NCBI RefSeq assembly: GCF_009914755.1
Contig: NC_060927.1
Reading direction: 5' to 3' (one strand)
From: the human T2T-CHM13v2.0 reference genome, Homo sapiens
DNA length: 64,000 nt
In this document: positions 25,288-38,819 of the stretch, piece by piece
Layout: every line of letters starts with the position of its first letter
Numbering within the stretch: position 1 is the first letter of the stretch
Translations under genes and position numbers: made by a program
Notes under the pieces: model-generated
Seen by the model: only the letters and a program-made list of their open reading frames with translations
What the model was told of the DNA's origin: nothing
Database searches by the model: none

Positions 25288-25959
25288 AATAGCTAGTACT
25301 CATAGCTAGGTGTTTTTGTAGGGAGTTTGGGAGTGGTACAAGCAAACACAGGGAGAAAGCTTGAGGATACAGCCTAGGCAGGTACACCAAAATGACCACA
25401 TCCAGACCTAAGTTCTGGCAGCTACACTTTGCTCTGCTAAAATAGATGTCTCTGCTTGTTTAATTTAACTGCAAATTGTAAATTGGAGAGAAAATATTTT
25501 CATTGAATAGGTGTTGCTCTGGAGAATTCCAAGAGTAAAGAAAATAAACCAGGAATTGGGCAGGAGCATTCCATAGGAGGAAAAGATAAAAACAATGACA
25601 ACAGAAATTGGATTATTTCCCATTTGGAAGGGTGGGGAGTCTAAGGATGATGGCAAAGGCAAAGCTAGAAGGAAAGTGCGACCCTTTCTTAAGGCCCTAC
25701 CTCCTCTGTCAAGGGAAACCCCATCACACTTAAGAGAACCACTTTGATTTCAAGGAAAGGAAGTATTCCATTCCCTGATGGATAGCACAGGTATGAAATG
25801 ATCCCTTGAGGTGATATAGGTTGAACTAAGTTTAAGGTTTTGATTAATGATTCTAGGCTAATATGAGGAAGGTACAGGTCAAATTTTGTCAATGAGGACA
25901 GAATTGTCCATTTAAAAGGTTTCCAGGTACGGAGCAGTTAAATTTGGGCTGCATAACTT

Positions 25960-27213
25960 CAACAAATAGTATTGGGGGAACTCTATATCCACATGCAAAA
26001 GAGTGAAATTGAAGCCTTATCTTATACTATACATAAACATCAACTCAAAATAGATTAAAGCTTAAATGTAAGACCTGAAACTGTACAACCTAAGAGAAAA
26101 CTGTAAAACCTAAGGGAAAACGTAAGGGAGAAACTTCTTGACATTAGTTTTGGCAATGATTTCTTGGCTATGACACCAAAAACACAGGCAATGAAAGCAA
26201 AATTGACAAGTGAGATAAAATCAAGCTGAAAAGCTTCTGCACAGCAAAGGAAACATCAGAGTGAGAAGGCAAACAATAGAATGAGAGAAGATATTTGTAA
26301 GTTATATATCTGATAAGGGGCTTCTATCCAAAATATATGAGCAACTCCTTTAACTCAATAGCAGAAAAAAATGGTGCAATTTAATAAATGGGCAAAGGAC
26401 TTGAGTAGACATTTCTCCAAAAAAAGACATACAAATGGCTAACAGGTGTATGAAAAGATGCTCAACACCACTAATCATCAGGAAAATACAAATCAAACCA
26501 ACAGAGATATCACTTTATACCTATTAGGATGACTATTTGAAAAAACAAGATAATAAGTTTTGGCAAGCACGTGGAGAAATTTGTTGGTGAGAATGTAAAA
26601 TGGGGCAGCAACTATGGAAAATGGTATGGAGGTTCTTCAAAAAATTAAAAATAGAAATACCATGTGGTCCAGTATCCCACTTCCATATATTTATCCAAAA
26701 ATGTTCAATTAGTATCTCAAAGAGATATTAGCACTCTTATATTCATTGCAGCACTATTCACAGTCACCAAGATGAAGAAACAATTTCAATGTTCATCTAT
26801 GGATGGATACATAAAGAAAATGTGGTATACACGCACAATGGAATATAATTCATCCTTAGAAAAGAAGGAAATTCTGCCATATGTGACAATATGGATGAAG
26901 CTTGAGGACATTATGCTACGTTTAAAAAGTTAGTCACAGGAGGACAAATACTGCATGATACCACTTACATGAGGTATTTAAAATAGTCAAACACAGAAGC
27001 CAAGTGTAGAATGGTGGTTGCCAGTGGTTGGAGAAATTGGGAAATGGGGGGTGTTTGCTATTCAGTGGGCATAAAATTTCAGTTATGCATGATGAATAAG
27101 TTCTAGAGATCTGCCATACAACATTGTGCCTGTAGTTAACAATATTCTACACTAAAAAATGTGTTAAAAGTGTAGATCTCATGTTAAATGTTCTGACCAC
27201 AATGAAAACAAAA
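25960..27213 (+). mobile_element. L1 (L1MA/L1MB-like), ORF2 3' end and 3'UTR, degenerate
   Basis: catcaactcaaaatagattaaag, aaagcttctgcacagcaaaggaaac, ttcattgcagcactattcac; ORF 26664..26933 is a decayed ORF2 C-terminus. Confidence 0.93.
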
Positions 27214-27404
27214 GTTTGCTTAGCATTATAGCCTCTAGCTCCATCCTTGTTGCTGCAAAGGACATGTTCTTTTTTATGGCTGCATAGCTTTCCATGGTGT
27301 ATATGTAACAGGTTTTCTTTATCCAGGCTGCCATTAATGGGCATTCAGGTGGATTCCATGTCTTTGCTATTTGTGAATAGTGCTGCAATGAACATCTACA
27401 TGCA
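27214..27404 (-). mobile_element. L1 fragment, antisense
   Basis: ORF 27179..27409(-) contains AKTWNPPECP...WIKKTCYIYTMESYAAIKKN, the L1 ORF2 C-terminus. Confidence 0.88.
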
Positions 27405-27463
27405 ACCAAACCTATTCAACATGGGACTGGAAGTCTCAGCCAGAGCAATCAGGCAAGAGAAAG
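27405..27463 (+). mobile_element. Short L1 ORF2 RT-region fragment
   Basis: Translates to LFNMGLEVSARAIRQEK (L1 ORF2 has LFNIVLEVLARAIRQEK). Confidence 0.8.
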
Positions 27464-29448
27464 CCTGGATATACCATTTGTACTTAAGGAAACTGAAAAT
27501 GTGAGAGTAGAATAATCATCCCTTCTGGCTTGGCAATATAGTCATCACCTTGTGTGACACTGTAATGACAAAATCCATACCTAGCACCACAATGGAACAC
27601 TTCCTGTGTGTGCCAAGCTCTGTGCTAGGCACCCAGGTGACGTAGCTCACATAATTTCAAAATGACCCGGTGGGGTAGACCTGAAATTTCCTGTTTTTTT
27701 CAGATGAGGAAATGGAAGCTAAAAGGAGTCAAGCAATGTATCTAAGTTGCCAAGCTAGCATTTCTAAAGAGAGTTGTTTAATGCCGAAACTTGATTTTTA
27801 CAAACCACGCCCTATTGCATCACCATTAAAACGAGGATTTGGACTTGACCCTTGGTGCCAGCTTCCCTTTCTAAGAGGGCTGATAAAGAGATAGAGATTG
27901 AGTATCAAGTGGGTGTGCATTGTGACTAATGAGGGTTCTCCTTTGTCAAATGGCATCACATGGAAAGTATGAAGTGTTGTCACACAAATAATTGGCCACC
28001 CAGGAGGGAGGGAGTAGGAGAACTCTTTTGCTTGTCAGAGTCCTGGATGGACTCTTCTAGATTCTCTTGGTAACTCTTTACCAGGAAGAGTCTTGAGTAC
28101 GTTTTCTATTTCAGAAAGATGGCTGCTAAAATTATCTGGGTTAAGAATGTGACAGAATTCTGGCCCCAGAGCATTTGGTATGGAAATAAACAGCAGAGCT
28201 GATTATCTCTATTCAAGCTTAAATAAAACCATATGAAGAGCTCAGCTGGATTCCTCCCCCACCATCCCCACCTCACCTCTTATGAAAGACCAGCAATTCT
28301 TGGAACATCTATTACAACAGGGCTTTTTTTTTTTTTCTCCTTTCTCTTTTTTCTCCTCTGAAAAAGGCCCTTGTAATCCCAGCTGTGGCTGCAAGTCAGC
28401 GTATGCCTCCAACTCTTTCCCAAATGTTTTCAGGCTAGAGAAATCCCAAACACATTTCCACCAAACCTCCTCCTTCTGAAATTTTGAAAGTGTGGACATT
28501 TTCAGAAATGTAATCGGGATGATTAGGATTCATTTGTGCTTTGCTCATCAAAGTTTTATTTTGCAAGAGCCATTTGATGTCAAGTAAGTTTTTTTAGTCC
28601 CCTCCACCCTCCTTCGCCAAGTCTTTTATCTTAGAACCAGGAAGTCACATTTTGCCAGCCGACTATGAACTAACTAACCACAAAAAGTTGGAGATTGGTT
28701 CAAAGCACAGGATTCATGAGGCTTGAATATGTTCTAACCTTGGCAGAAGGCGTTCCTCACTCATTTGGGGGTAACGTGTCCACGGGGGGCTGGAGGGGGA
28801 AGCTGTGTTACTGGGGACATGGCTGGTGGGTTGTTCTCACAGTCTGAGGTCTGTGTGAGGAAAGTAGCCTTGTTCTGGAAGGTACTTAGTTTCATTTTCC
28901 ACTCAGATACAGTTATGGAAAGTTGTGAAAAGAATCATTCTCTCTGCTCCCTCTCCCTGTGTTTAGGCATAAGAAGGGTCACTTTTCTCTTACACTAGGA
29001 AAAGAAGAGCTGACCCATATTGACTGTCTGCTGTATACACTCAAAATCTAGTTTGTGATTCTCTCTTCTTAGTTTCATCTCCTTCCATGTAACCTTCCTC
29101 AATCCTCAGTCTTTATCCTTCCACAACATAAAACAGCTCACATTTCCTAAATACCTTGTTGTTTTTTTTGTCTTTCTTAATATGTTTACACATGATCAAA
29201 AGTGGACCCTTTCTTCCTCCCCTTAAGTCTTCCTGAAAACATCTTGACACTCCTCAGACTACTTTTTATCATCTTTTGTGTAAAGGCTTCCATTAAACTC
29301 TTATATATATCTGTATTTAGTGTAGACTTTCTTTGACACCACTGGAAAGAGTTTATCCTCCCCAGTTTGTTTGATCTGTTTATATATTCGTCTCTGATAG
29401 CACTTTTCAAATGGGTGGTAAACTCCTGAGTCCATTTCGCTTTTAGAT

Positions 29449-29668
29449 CAGTGCTATCCAATAGGACTTTCTGCAATAATGGAAATGTTCTGTATCTACA
29501 TATCCAAATGTTCCAAATCTGTACAGTCATAGCCACTACTCACCTATGGCTATCAAGCACTTGAAATGTGACAGTGCACCTGAGGAACTGAATTTTTAAT
29601 TTAAATTTTAATTAATTTAAATTCAAATGGCTGCATGTGGCTAGTAAATACTCTATTGGAAAGCACAG
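29449..29668. mobile_element. MER3 hAT-Charlie MITE
   Basis: gtgctatccaataggactttctgcaataatggaaatgttct...ctattggaaagcacag; 8-bp TSD-like ttttagat/ctctagac. Confidence 0.88.
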
Positions 29669-30845
29669 CTCTAGACTGTGTCCTTCTTCAGGCACTGATT
29701 CTCTGTGCTTGACACAATGCTTGGCACATAGTAGGGGCTCAGGAAATATTTACTGAATCCAACTAGTGTATATACTTACGGCAATAATCCTGCTGGGCAG
29801 ATATTACTAACTCTAGTAATTTCATCTTTGTATACCAAAACAAGCCAAACCAAAATGAAATGGAATAACAACCGAACGTGGCTCAGTGAAGTTCAGTAAT
29901 AGAATTGGGATGTGAACGACAATCTGTTTAAAATAAATCCTCTGACCTTTCTGTTCCCATGGGCAGTGCTTTGGTACCTGTGAGTACATTTGTATGTAAG
30001 TGGTTGCACATGCAAGATAGGAGGAGACAACATTTCATAGAACAGCTAATTGTCTCCATACAATTAGACATGCAAAGATTTGCTCGTATAAAAGCCAATA
30101 GAAAGAAATAAAAAGAGGGAAGCTGGCACACTGCTAATACAGCTTTAGTATTGTGCAAAGACTTAAAGGGTATATTGGCTAAATGGATCTCTTCTAAAAG
30201 AGAAGAACTGCATCATAAAAGAAAGGTTACAACAGCCAACAAATTGGGCAGCTGCTATGCAATTTGTGATTGTTAACTTTCAAATGTTGATAGCCTCTGA
30301 GTTGGCAGATGATTAAAATGGTGGAGGTAATGCTGACATCTTCTGGTGATCAGTCACAGTTAACTGGTATTTCAGAATGTTAAAAATTCCAGAAACTGGG
30401 CAATCATAGTTAACCGAGCCTTTTAATTTACCATTACTTAAACTTACGCATTAAAAATAGTTCCAAAATTATTTTAAATTTGAAAAAGAAAACATTATCA
30501 TGCTTCAAAATTTGCTTTTTTGAAATTTTTGAAATCCAACCATCTGGAGTTTTTCAACTCCTTCTCCTCATTTAGCCTAGCTTGCCTGCTGAAACAATCT
30601 GATAACATTTTTAGTTGGCTTTCCTCTGATTCACGTTCTATCTCCTGACAAATGATTGCATTATGCTGTATTCTGATGGGACTACATATAATCATGGAGC
30701 CTGATACAATCTGTAGAGTTCCTTCCTGTCTGGATCAAATCTATTTTTAGATTTGTGTTGAAGGGTGCACCTGAAGACACGCAGTTGGGCCAAACTTTGG
30801 GATTTTGTGATTGCACTGAGTCAGATACTCCTCATTTAAAGAAGT

Positions 30846-31158
30846 CTTTTTAATTTTTAAATTTTACTTTAAGTTCTGGGATACATGTGCAGAACCTGGC
30901 GGTTTGTTACGTAGGTAAACATGTGCCATGGTGGTTTGCTGCACCTATCAACCCGTCACCTAGGTATTAAGCCCCACATGCATTAGCTATTTGTCCTGAT
31001 GCTCTCCCTTCCCTCACCCCGCTGCCTACAGGTCCCGGTATGTGTTGTTCCCCTCAGTGTGTCCATGTGTTTTCATTGTTCAGCTCTCACTTATAAGTGA
31101 GAACATGTGGTGTTTGGTTTTCTGTTCCTGTGTTAGTTTGCTGAGAATGATGGCTTCC
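30846..31158 (-). mobile_element. Severely 5'-truncated L1PA 3' end
   Basis: ttttactttaagttctgggatacatgtgcagaac...gtttgctgagaatgatggcttcca. Confidence 0.93.
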
Positions 31159-32839
31159 AAAGAAATTTTTAAGAGAGCTACAGTTACAACAAACTGGGAT
31201 ACATTAATAGTATCTGTCAGAAATTAGAAGTCATGCTCCCATCTTGCTCAGCCATGAGTTTTCAAAAAGCAAAATGGGACATGGGATTTTGACATACTAT
31301 TAGTTGGGCTTTCTTCAGAAGGAGCTACACTTCGTCTAGTGATTTTATAGTAAGAATCACATTGAATATTCCTCTGTTTCTACATGGGTAGGGTACTGGG
31401 AGTAAGAGAAGCAATATGAACCTTCAGAAGTAGATGAACAAGAGAAAAGAAGCATTTGTATTATGTCTGGTTCATATATAGATTATATATGCAGATATGG
31501 GCTTCAGTGGACTTGTAGTGACAGTTGGTAGGAAGCCCATCCCATCATCAAACTTCTCCACTCCCAGGGTTCCCCTTCCTGCAGGATCCAGCTGCCTCAA
31601 TGGGTCATTGCTCAACCTTCAAGCATTCATCAGTCTTCGATCTAAGCAGTTCTTTGGATATACCCTACTAGGGATTAATTACATTGATGCATACTCACTC
31701 ATTCTTTGATTCAACTATTCATTCAACAAACATTGTTGAATACATACTGTCTGATATGGTGCTAGGGACACAAAATAGAAGGAGAAATGTTCCCTGACTA
31801 CAGAGAATGCATTGCTTCATCTTATATATACTGTATATCATTAATGAACCTTTTTTGTATGCCAGGTACTATGCTGAATATTTTATAACTATTATATTAG
31901 TGATTCATTTGTTTAACAATATTTACTCAGGGCCTGATCTGTGTCAGTCATTGTGCTGAGTGCAAAGACGAAATGGTACCAAATTAGATATGGTTCCTTG
32001 TCTCATGAATAATTGCTGTCTACTGAGGAAAGCAGACAAGTAAACTAGAGATTACAACATGGTTTGTTTAACTTTTGCAATTCATCTTGGCCACTCAGCA
32101 TTTGATTACCTTTCTATACTGAGAAATCCCTTTTCTTATCATTCTGAGGTGGGGGCAAAGACCTCCTCCAACTATAAAAGCTAAAAATACTGAGTATTTT
32201 CTCCTAGCATCCCTTGCAGCTATGTCACAGGCATGTGACACAGGTTTTGCCAATCAGACGGCATCTTGCTAGACTTTGAGTAGGGGCCTGGTACCTCAAG
32301 GAATGGAGCAGGCATTTAATTTTTCTGATGGTGACTGTGACGGGTGAGGCAATTTCCTCATCAGAATCTCTCAGAAGCATGGTTTTAGATGTTTTTTTTT
32401 TTCTGGTGATTTCTTCAGCCTTTCCAGAGATGCTAGGGCCCTCATTACTCATTTCATAACTCCTTTTCTTTTGGATCTGAGTCACTTTCTGTTGTTAAAA
32501 GTAGGTACCCTGATGATGCCCACTGTGACATGGAAAAGACTGGGTGTGATCTCATCAGTGTGCAGGAATTACTGCCTTCCTACACCAAGTGACATCTACA
32601 CTTGCATCATAAAGACTAGTAGGAATTATCCAGGTTAAAGGTACTGGAAGAAGAGGGCTGACAAAAGGAAAGCCCAGGGTAATCCTCTGAGGTGGGAATT
32701 CTTAGGTCTATTTTACATATGAGGAAACTGAGGCCAAGGAGTAACAAATCCTGGACTGACTGTAGAGTCCCTGAATTTACCCACTATGGTTCTCTTCCAA
32801 TTGAGGCCTAGAAATATATTTATGCCAATGGCTTGCAGT

Positions 32840-33825
32840 ACGATTTTTGAAAAACTCTTTATTTTGAAGCGGACATATACAAAAAAGTGTCTAATACATA
32901 AATGTAAAGCACAATAATTTTATCTTAAAAAGAATACCTTATAACTGCCACTGAGATTAAAGATGTAGAATGCTCTGGGCACTGCAGAAGATTCTCTATG
33001 GCCCCCTTCCAATCAATACCCTTCCTTCCTCCTCAGGGGTAACCACAATCCTGACCTTTTTTTTTTTTTTTTTGAGATGGAGTCTTGCTCTCTAGCCCAG
33101 GCTGGAGTGCAGTGGTGCTATCTCTCTCACTGCTACCTCCGCCTCCCGGGTCCCGGTTCAAGCAATTCTCCTGCCTCAGCCTCCAAGTAGCTGGGATTAC
33201 AGGCATGTGCCACCATACCCAGCTAATTTTTGTATTTTTAGTAGAGACGGGGTTTTACCATGTTGGCCAGGCTGGTCTTGAACTGACCTCGTGATCCACT
33301 CGCCTCGGCCTCCCAAAGTGCTGGGATTACAGGCATGAGCCACCGGGCCCGGCCACCACCACCTTGACTTCTAACAGCATAGTTTTGTTTGTACCTGGTT
33401 TCGACCTTTGTATAAAAGGAATAATCTCTTTTATAGTTAATGGATGTTTGATTACTTTTAGCTTATGGAAATTATAAATTTATTGCTAAGGACATTCTCA
33501 TACATGTTTCTTGGTGTATGTGTGATAAAACTTGTTGAACATATACCTAGGAGTGGAATTGCTAGGTCATAGTGCATACACTGTTCAACTTTAGTAGATA
33601 ATGCCCAGTAGTTTTCCAAAATTATTATACCAATTTAAGTTTCCACCTACAGCTTTTGAAAGTTTCAGTTTCTCCACATCCTGCACAACATTTGGTATGG
33701 TGAATCTTTTTAACTTTAGCCATTCTGGAGGGTACAGGGCTATCCTGTTGTGATTTTAATTTGCATTTCCCTGATGACTAGTGATGTTAAGAAACTTTCC
33801 ATATGTTTACTGGCCATTTCCATGG
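32840..33825 (-). mobile_element. Old L1 (L1MD/ME-like) interrupted by an Alu
   Basis: atatacctaggagtggaattgctaggtcatag, ttttaatttgcatttccctgatgacta. Confidence 0.8.
33057..33354 (-). mobile_element. AluS (Sg/Sc-like)
   Basis: Full Alu in reverse with poly(T) at 33057; gacctcgtgatcc. Confidence 0.93.
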
Positions 33826-35999
33826 TACTATTTATCAGATGGCCACTTCTTGGCATATATTTCAGGGTTAAGTGCCTTAAGGATGAATAGATATGGTTTC
33901 CAAAATTAGTGCAGTCATTTTTTTCAGCTGTCTGAGTTCATGGATTTTATTATTTCTTTAACATAGACACCCTGTAGATTTGTGGGGTTCTGTTCTTTCT
34001 CACAAAGTTGCTCTCTTCGTGCAAACTTTCTATATGTGGAGTTGGTTTAATAAATGTAAAAAGTCAAGGAAAGACTACAGGGAAAGCCAATTGAAGACTC
34101 TTGGCTGGGTCACTAATGGTCTCTTGGATGTTGTGTGGTGAACATTGGCCTAGACAGTATTTGTATTTTCCCACACATTTACTGGGTAAAAGTCTCAATG
34201 GACATGTTACTGTGAATTTACGATACTCTTTGAGGGGTTTGGGTTAGTTCTGTAATAAAAATTCTGGCATATGGAGACGTATGTCTGGTTCCCACACATT
34301 TGAGGCTAGAGAGCATATAACTACATTTTCTTAAGGTCAGCTTACTGATGTCTCTGAAGATAAAAGGCACCTTCTGATTGAAGGCCTGCTCTGAAAATAT
34401 TCTTGGCAAAGGATTTCTAAGTTCCATTCTCTTGAGATGATCAAATTGAATTCTGTTTTGTCTGTTGTTTTGACAAACTCACTTTGGCAGGGACAAGGGT
34501 GTATTGCAGGCCTTTCTGCTTTAATTTCAAGATTTTATGGTCAGAAGCAAGGAGACAACTGCAATCAATGAAAACTATTCACTCAGAATACAGACTAAGG
34601 TACAAATATATAATAGCAACCAATAACAGAAATTGTTGTCTTGCTTTTAGGTTTTACTAAAAGTTTTCAGTCAAGTTATGTCTATTACCCCAACTATTTT
34701 TAGCTTTAAGTCATAACAGACTGATAAGACTCTAGACTATTATACAAATATTAGAATGTCCATAGTCCCGATATGGGTATCAATTATCCCCAACCTTTTG
34801 AACAATGCCCTTTTGTATTAGCCAAGATTTTGGTTGCAAGCAGCAGGCAGTGATGATAGTTATCCTAGAGAAGAGATTTGTCTAGGGAATATCAATGGCT
34901 TACTGACTCAGAGGGAAGCTGGAGGACCAGACTTGGAAAATGGGCCAGAATCCAGAGAGCTCCATCCAGCTCTCCGGATATCCAGAGGGCTGGACATCAA
35001 GGACCTTGACCATGGTCACATGGCAGGAAGTCCAGCCTGTCATGATGCTGGCCCCATTGAAATCTCTCTCTTGGGAAAGTATATCTTGTACAGAAGTACA
35101 TGGAGCTGGGTCAATGTTGGATTCAATTCATCTCATAGCAGCACCTGTGTGAATAAACTCTCCTTGACTCCTACTGTCCAAAGGCTGAAGCTGTCCTGCT
35201 TCTTATCCTTCCCTGTACATTGCTATTCATATCTTCCATGGATTCAGTGAGCCACCCAGTATTCTTCTAATAAATGATTTCGATGGCTGTTGGCCAGAGT
35301 TTTCTCTTCCTTACAATCCAAGAACTCTAACAGAGACACTAATGATGGTAGATGTGGTTTAGGCTTGTGTTCTGCCATAGAAAGAATGGGAGAGAAAACA
35401 CCCTTACCCTTAGTAAAGCCAGAAGACTCATGCAGTCCAAAAAGAGGTCCTGCAATTGGCCTGTTTTCTATCTCCGTCATATCATTCATTCCTTGCAGTC
35501 ACACATGAAGACAATGGAGAGCAGAGTACTCTGGGCATGGTGGGTCCTCAAAAGATATTTGTTGAGTTAGGCAATACATTAAATGCTTGGTTTTGAAACT
35601 GGTGTCTTACAGTCCTAGGCATTCCCAGGAGATATGTAAGGGATTACTGGGAAACAGTGAAGAAAGGGTTTCTCTCCTCTGCCACCACCTTTATTCTGAG
35701 CCATTCTGCTAGTCTTTGTTTTATATTCTGAGATTCCATTTAAAATTTGTCCTTCAAATAGTGATTTCAAAATCACTATGCTAAACCATAATTGTCCATT
35801 AATACTTCATTTTAATTCATTTAGTTTAGAGAAGAGAAACTGATACTTACTGGGTTCCTACTGAGTTGCAGGCACTGGACCATACTTTTCACCTATGTAA
35901 TTCCATTGTTTCCTTATAATCACGGAAGTCAAGTTACCTGTGGGCTAATTATTCATTCATTCCACTTACCAAGTGTTTCTCCTCTGCTTTTTCATAAAT

Positions 36000-37130
36000 T
36001 ATTCCATAAGTTTGTCTATTTTATTAGCTTCTCAAAGGGCTGGAGTTAGGTTAGGCTGATCCTCATTACTATTTGTTTCTTTAAAATTGTCTTAAATTTT
36101 GCTCTTATCTTTATTATTTCCTTTCTGTGGCTTGCTTGCATTTACTCTGTTGTTCTTTTTTTCAGCTTCTTGAGGTGCTCACTTAGCTTGTTGGCTTTCA
36201 ATTTTCCTTTTGTTTGATACATGTTTTTAAGGTGATACATTGCTCTCCAAGTAGAGCTTTTATGCTATTATACACATGAGGGATTTTTTGGTCACTTACT
36301 TTTAAATATTTTAATTTTCTTTCTTCTTTTAATAATGACTAATAGCAGAGTGTATTTGGAGGGATGACTATTTGTTTTTATTGAGTTCTAATTTTATTGT
36401 ATCCTTGGCAGAGAACACATTCGGCATGATCTAAATTCTTTGATATTTGTTGACACTGCTTTGTTACTTCAAGTATGCTGAATTTAAAAAAAAGTCTATG
36501 TTGCATATCCTTTTGAAGAAGATTAAAAGTACTATATTGTTGGGTGAAGGGTTCTAAACAGGTACTAGTTCAAACTTTTTAACTGTGTTCATAGCATTTT
36601 AGTTCTTATTAATATTTAGCTTTGGATAAGCACTTTCTGAGGCAGGTGTGTTACATCCCCCTCAACAATTGTAGATTGACTAATTCTTCGTTTTAGTTCT
36701 ATCAGTTTTTGACTTATACATTTGGAAATTCTGTCAGGTTCATATAGGTTCAGAATAGTTACATCTTATTTTTTTCATTGCATAACATCCATGTGTATTC
36801 TTAATGATTCTTTTAGCCTTGTCTATATTGTGTGACATTCACATTTTTTTTTACAAGAGCTTTCTTTAGATTTGTGTTGGCCTTGTATATATTTTTACAC
36901 TGCTTTAGTTTAGACTTTTCTATGTCATTATGTTCTACATGTGTCTCTTGTAAACTGTGAATTTTATTTTATTTTTCTAAATCTAAACCTGAGAACCTCT
37001 GCGTTTTAACTGGCAAATTTTATTTGTATATACTATCGTGATTACCAATATATTTGGATTTATTTCTGTGACCTTTATTTGAAGTTTTCTTTGATTTTTT
37101 ATTCTTTTTTTTCCCCCTGGCTTCTACTAC
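36000..37130 (-). mobile_element. Highly diverged L1M ORF2 fragment
   Basis: T-rich antisense L1 motifs (ctcttatctttattatttcctttct, aattgtagattg..tttagttctatcagtttttg). Confidence 0.7.
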
Positions 37131-37629
37131 ATAGATTAAGAGTATGTAGGCTTAGAACAGAAGTAGGACTTGTGCTCAGTTCTTCATGTTGCTGGGAAAA
37201 GAGGTCCCCTAAGTGAAGTACATGTCAATCCATATAGCAGGGGCAGGATAAGTGGCTCCTCCCCAATGACACTCATATTTCTCTGCATGACCTTTTCAAT
37301 CTGCCACAGCAGAGTTATTTTGTTTAGCTATTTCTTTATTCATTCATTTATACATTTTCCTAATGTTGACTAAAGGCCAACTCTGTACCGGGGCTAGATG
37401 ATCAGTATGGAATAAAATAGATGTGGCTTCTGTCCTTACATAGCTTATAGTTTAGGAGGGAAGACAGTGCATATATATGTACAATATTACACTTTTTTAT
37501 GAGTTATAAAGTAAATAATTTGAGTGGAGTGAAAGAAAACAATGGAATGGGGTTTACTGACCTGGTGGCTTGGCTTTTCCAGAAAGATAAATTTAAATTA
37601 AAGCATATTTCTGGGTGTTATGGAGCCAC

Positions 37630-37730
37630 TGGAGAGGCTGAGGCAGGAGGACTGCTTAAGTTTAGGAGTTTGAGGCCAGCATGGGCAACATAGCAAGACT
37701 CCATTTCTAAAGTACATATAAATAAATAAG
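37630..37730 (+). mobile_element. Alu monomer fragment (FLAM/AluJ-like)
   Basis: gaggctgaggcaggaggactgctt...aggagtttgaggccagcatgggcaacatagcaagact. Confidence 0.8.
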
Positions 37731-37787
37731 CACATGTGGGGTAGGGGATGTCCCCTTCTGTATATTATTTCCTTCTTCCTTAGCAAC

Positions 37788-38144
37788 TGTATTAGTCCAC
37801 TTTCACACTGCTATAAAGATACTACCTGAGACTGGGTAATTTATAAACAAAGGAGGTTTGATTGACTCACAGTTCTGCATGGCTGGGGAGGCCTCAGGAA
37901 ACTTACAATCATGGCAGAAGGGGAAGCAGGCACCTTTTTCACAAGGCAGCAGAATAGAGTGAGTGTGTGAAGGAGGAACAGTCAAATACTTATAAAATCA
38001 TTAGATCTCATGAGAACTCACTCATTGTCATGAGAACAGCATGGGGGAAACTGCCCCCATGATCCAATCACCTACCTCCCTTGACACATGGAGACTACAA
38101 TTCAAGATGAGATTTGGGTGCAGACACAGAGCCAAACCATATTA
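37788..38144 (-). mobile_element. THE1D/MSTA-like solo LTR
   Basis: tgtattagtcc...gccaaaccatatta; perfect TSD gcaac at 37783-37787 and 38145-38149. Confidence 0.92.
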
Positions 38145-38617
38145 GCAACATAGTCACAAAATTTATCTGGGCATAGAGACAACTCAGAATAAGCATTTAT
38201 ATCTGATCATCTTTCTTTCAGCTGGGTATGACCATGACTAGACCCTGGTCAATGGGATATAAATGGATGTGGTGTATGCAACATCTGGGAGGTGTCTTCA
38301 GTGGGAAGGCCATAACCTTTTTCTCCTTCCAGTTGCCTAGAATGAAGCCATGACAGCTAGAGCTGGAATAGTTATCTTGGATCATAATGTGAACTGGAGT
38401 AGATATCTTGGATCATGATGTGAATTTGAGGACAGCAGCAATGAATGATGAGGCAAAAAGATAGTAGGAATCAAAGTAAAATCCCCAGATTACCTATATA
38501 TACTTTTTCAAGGAAAAGAAATATATTTCTTCATTTTTCATCTCCTATTATTTTGCTTTTGGGTAAACTGCTGAAATCCTAGAGGCTTCCAGGTCCAGGG
38601 AACAAAATTTTGTAGGG

Positions 38618-38815
38618 TAGTGACTCTCAAAGGTTAGCACTCAAAAAAAAAAAAAAAAAAAAAAAAATCAGGTGAGCTGGTTAAAACACAGACTTCTGGA
38701 TCCCATCCCAAAAATTCTGATGTTGTAGGTCAGGGTAGAACCTCAGAATCTGCATTTGCTATTACCTTTCAGATTATGCAGAAGGTGGTTGGATCACATT
38801 TTGAGAAGCACCAGT
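38618..38815. mobile_element. MER5-like hAT element with an internal A24 run
   Basis: ttaaaacacagacttctggatcccatccc...aattctga...gaatctgcattt...tttgagaagcacc. Confidence 0.7.
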
Positions 38816-38819
38816 TTAG

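Noticed and set aside
26664-26933. ORF resembling the L1 ORF2 C-terminus
   Set aside because: It is a decayed fragment of a truncated L1 and is not a functional CDS.
29449-29668. Palindromic AT-rich segment
   Set aside because: It reflects the intrinsic palindromic structure of the MER3 MITE.
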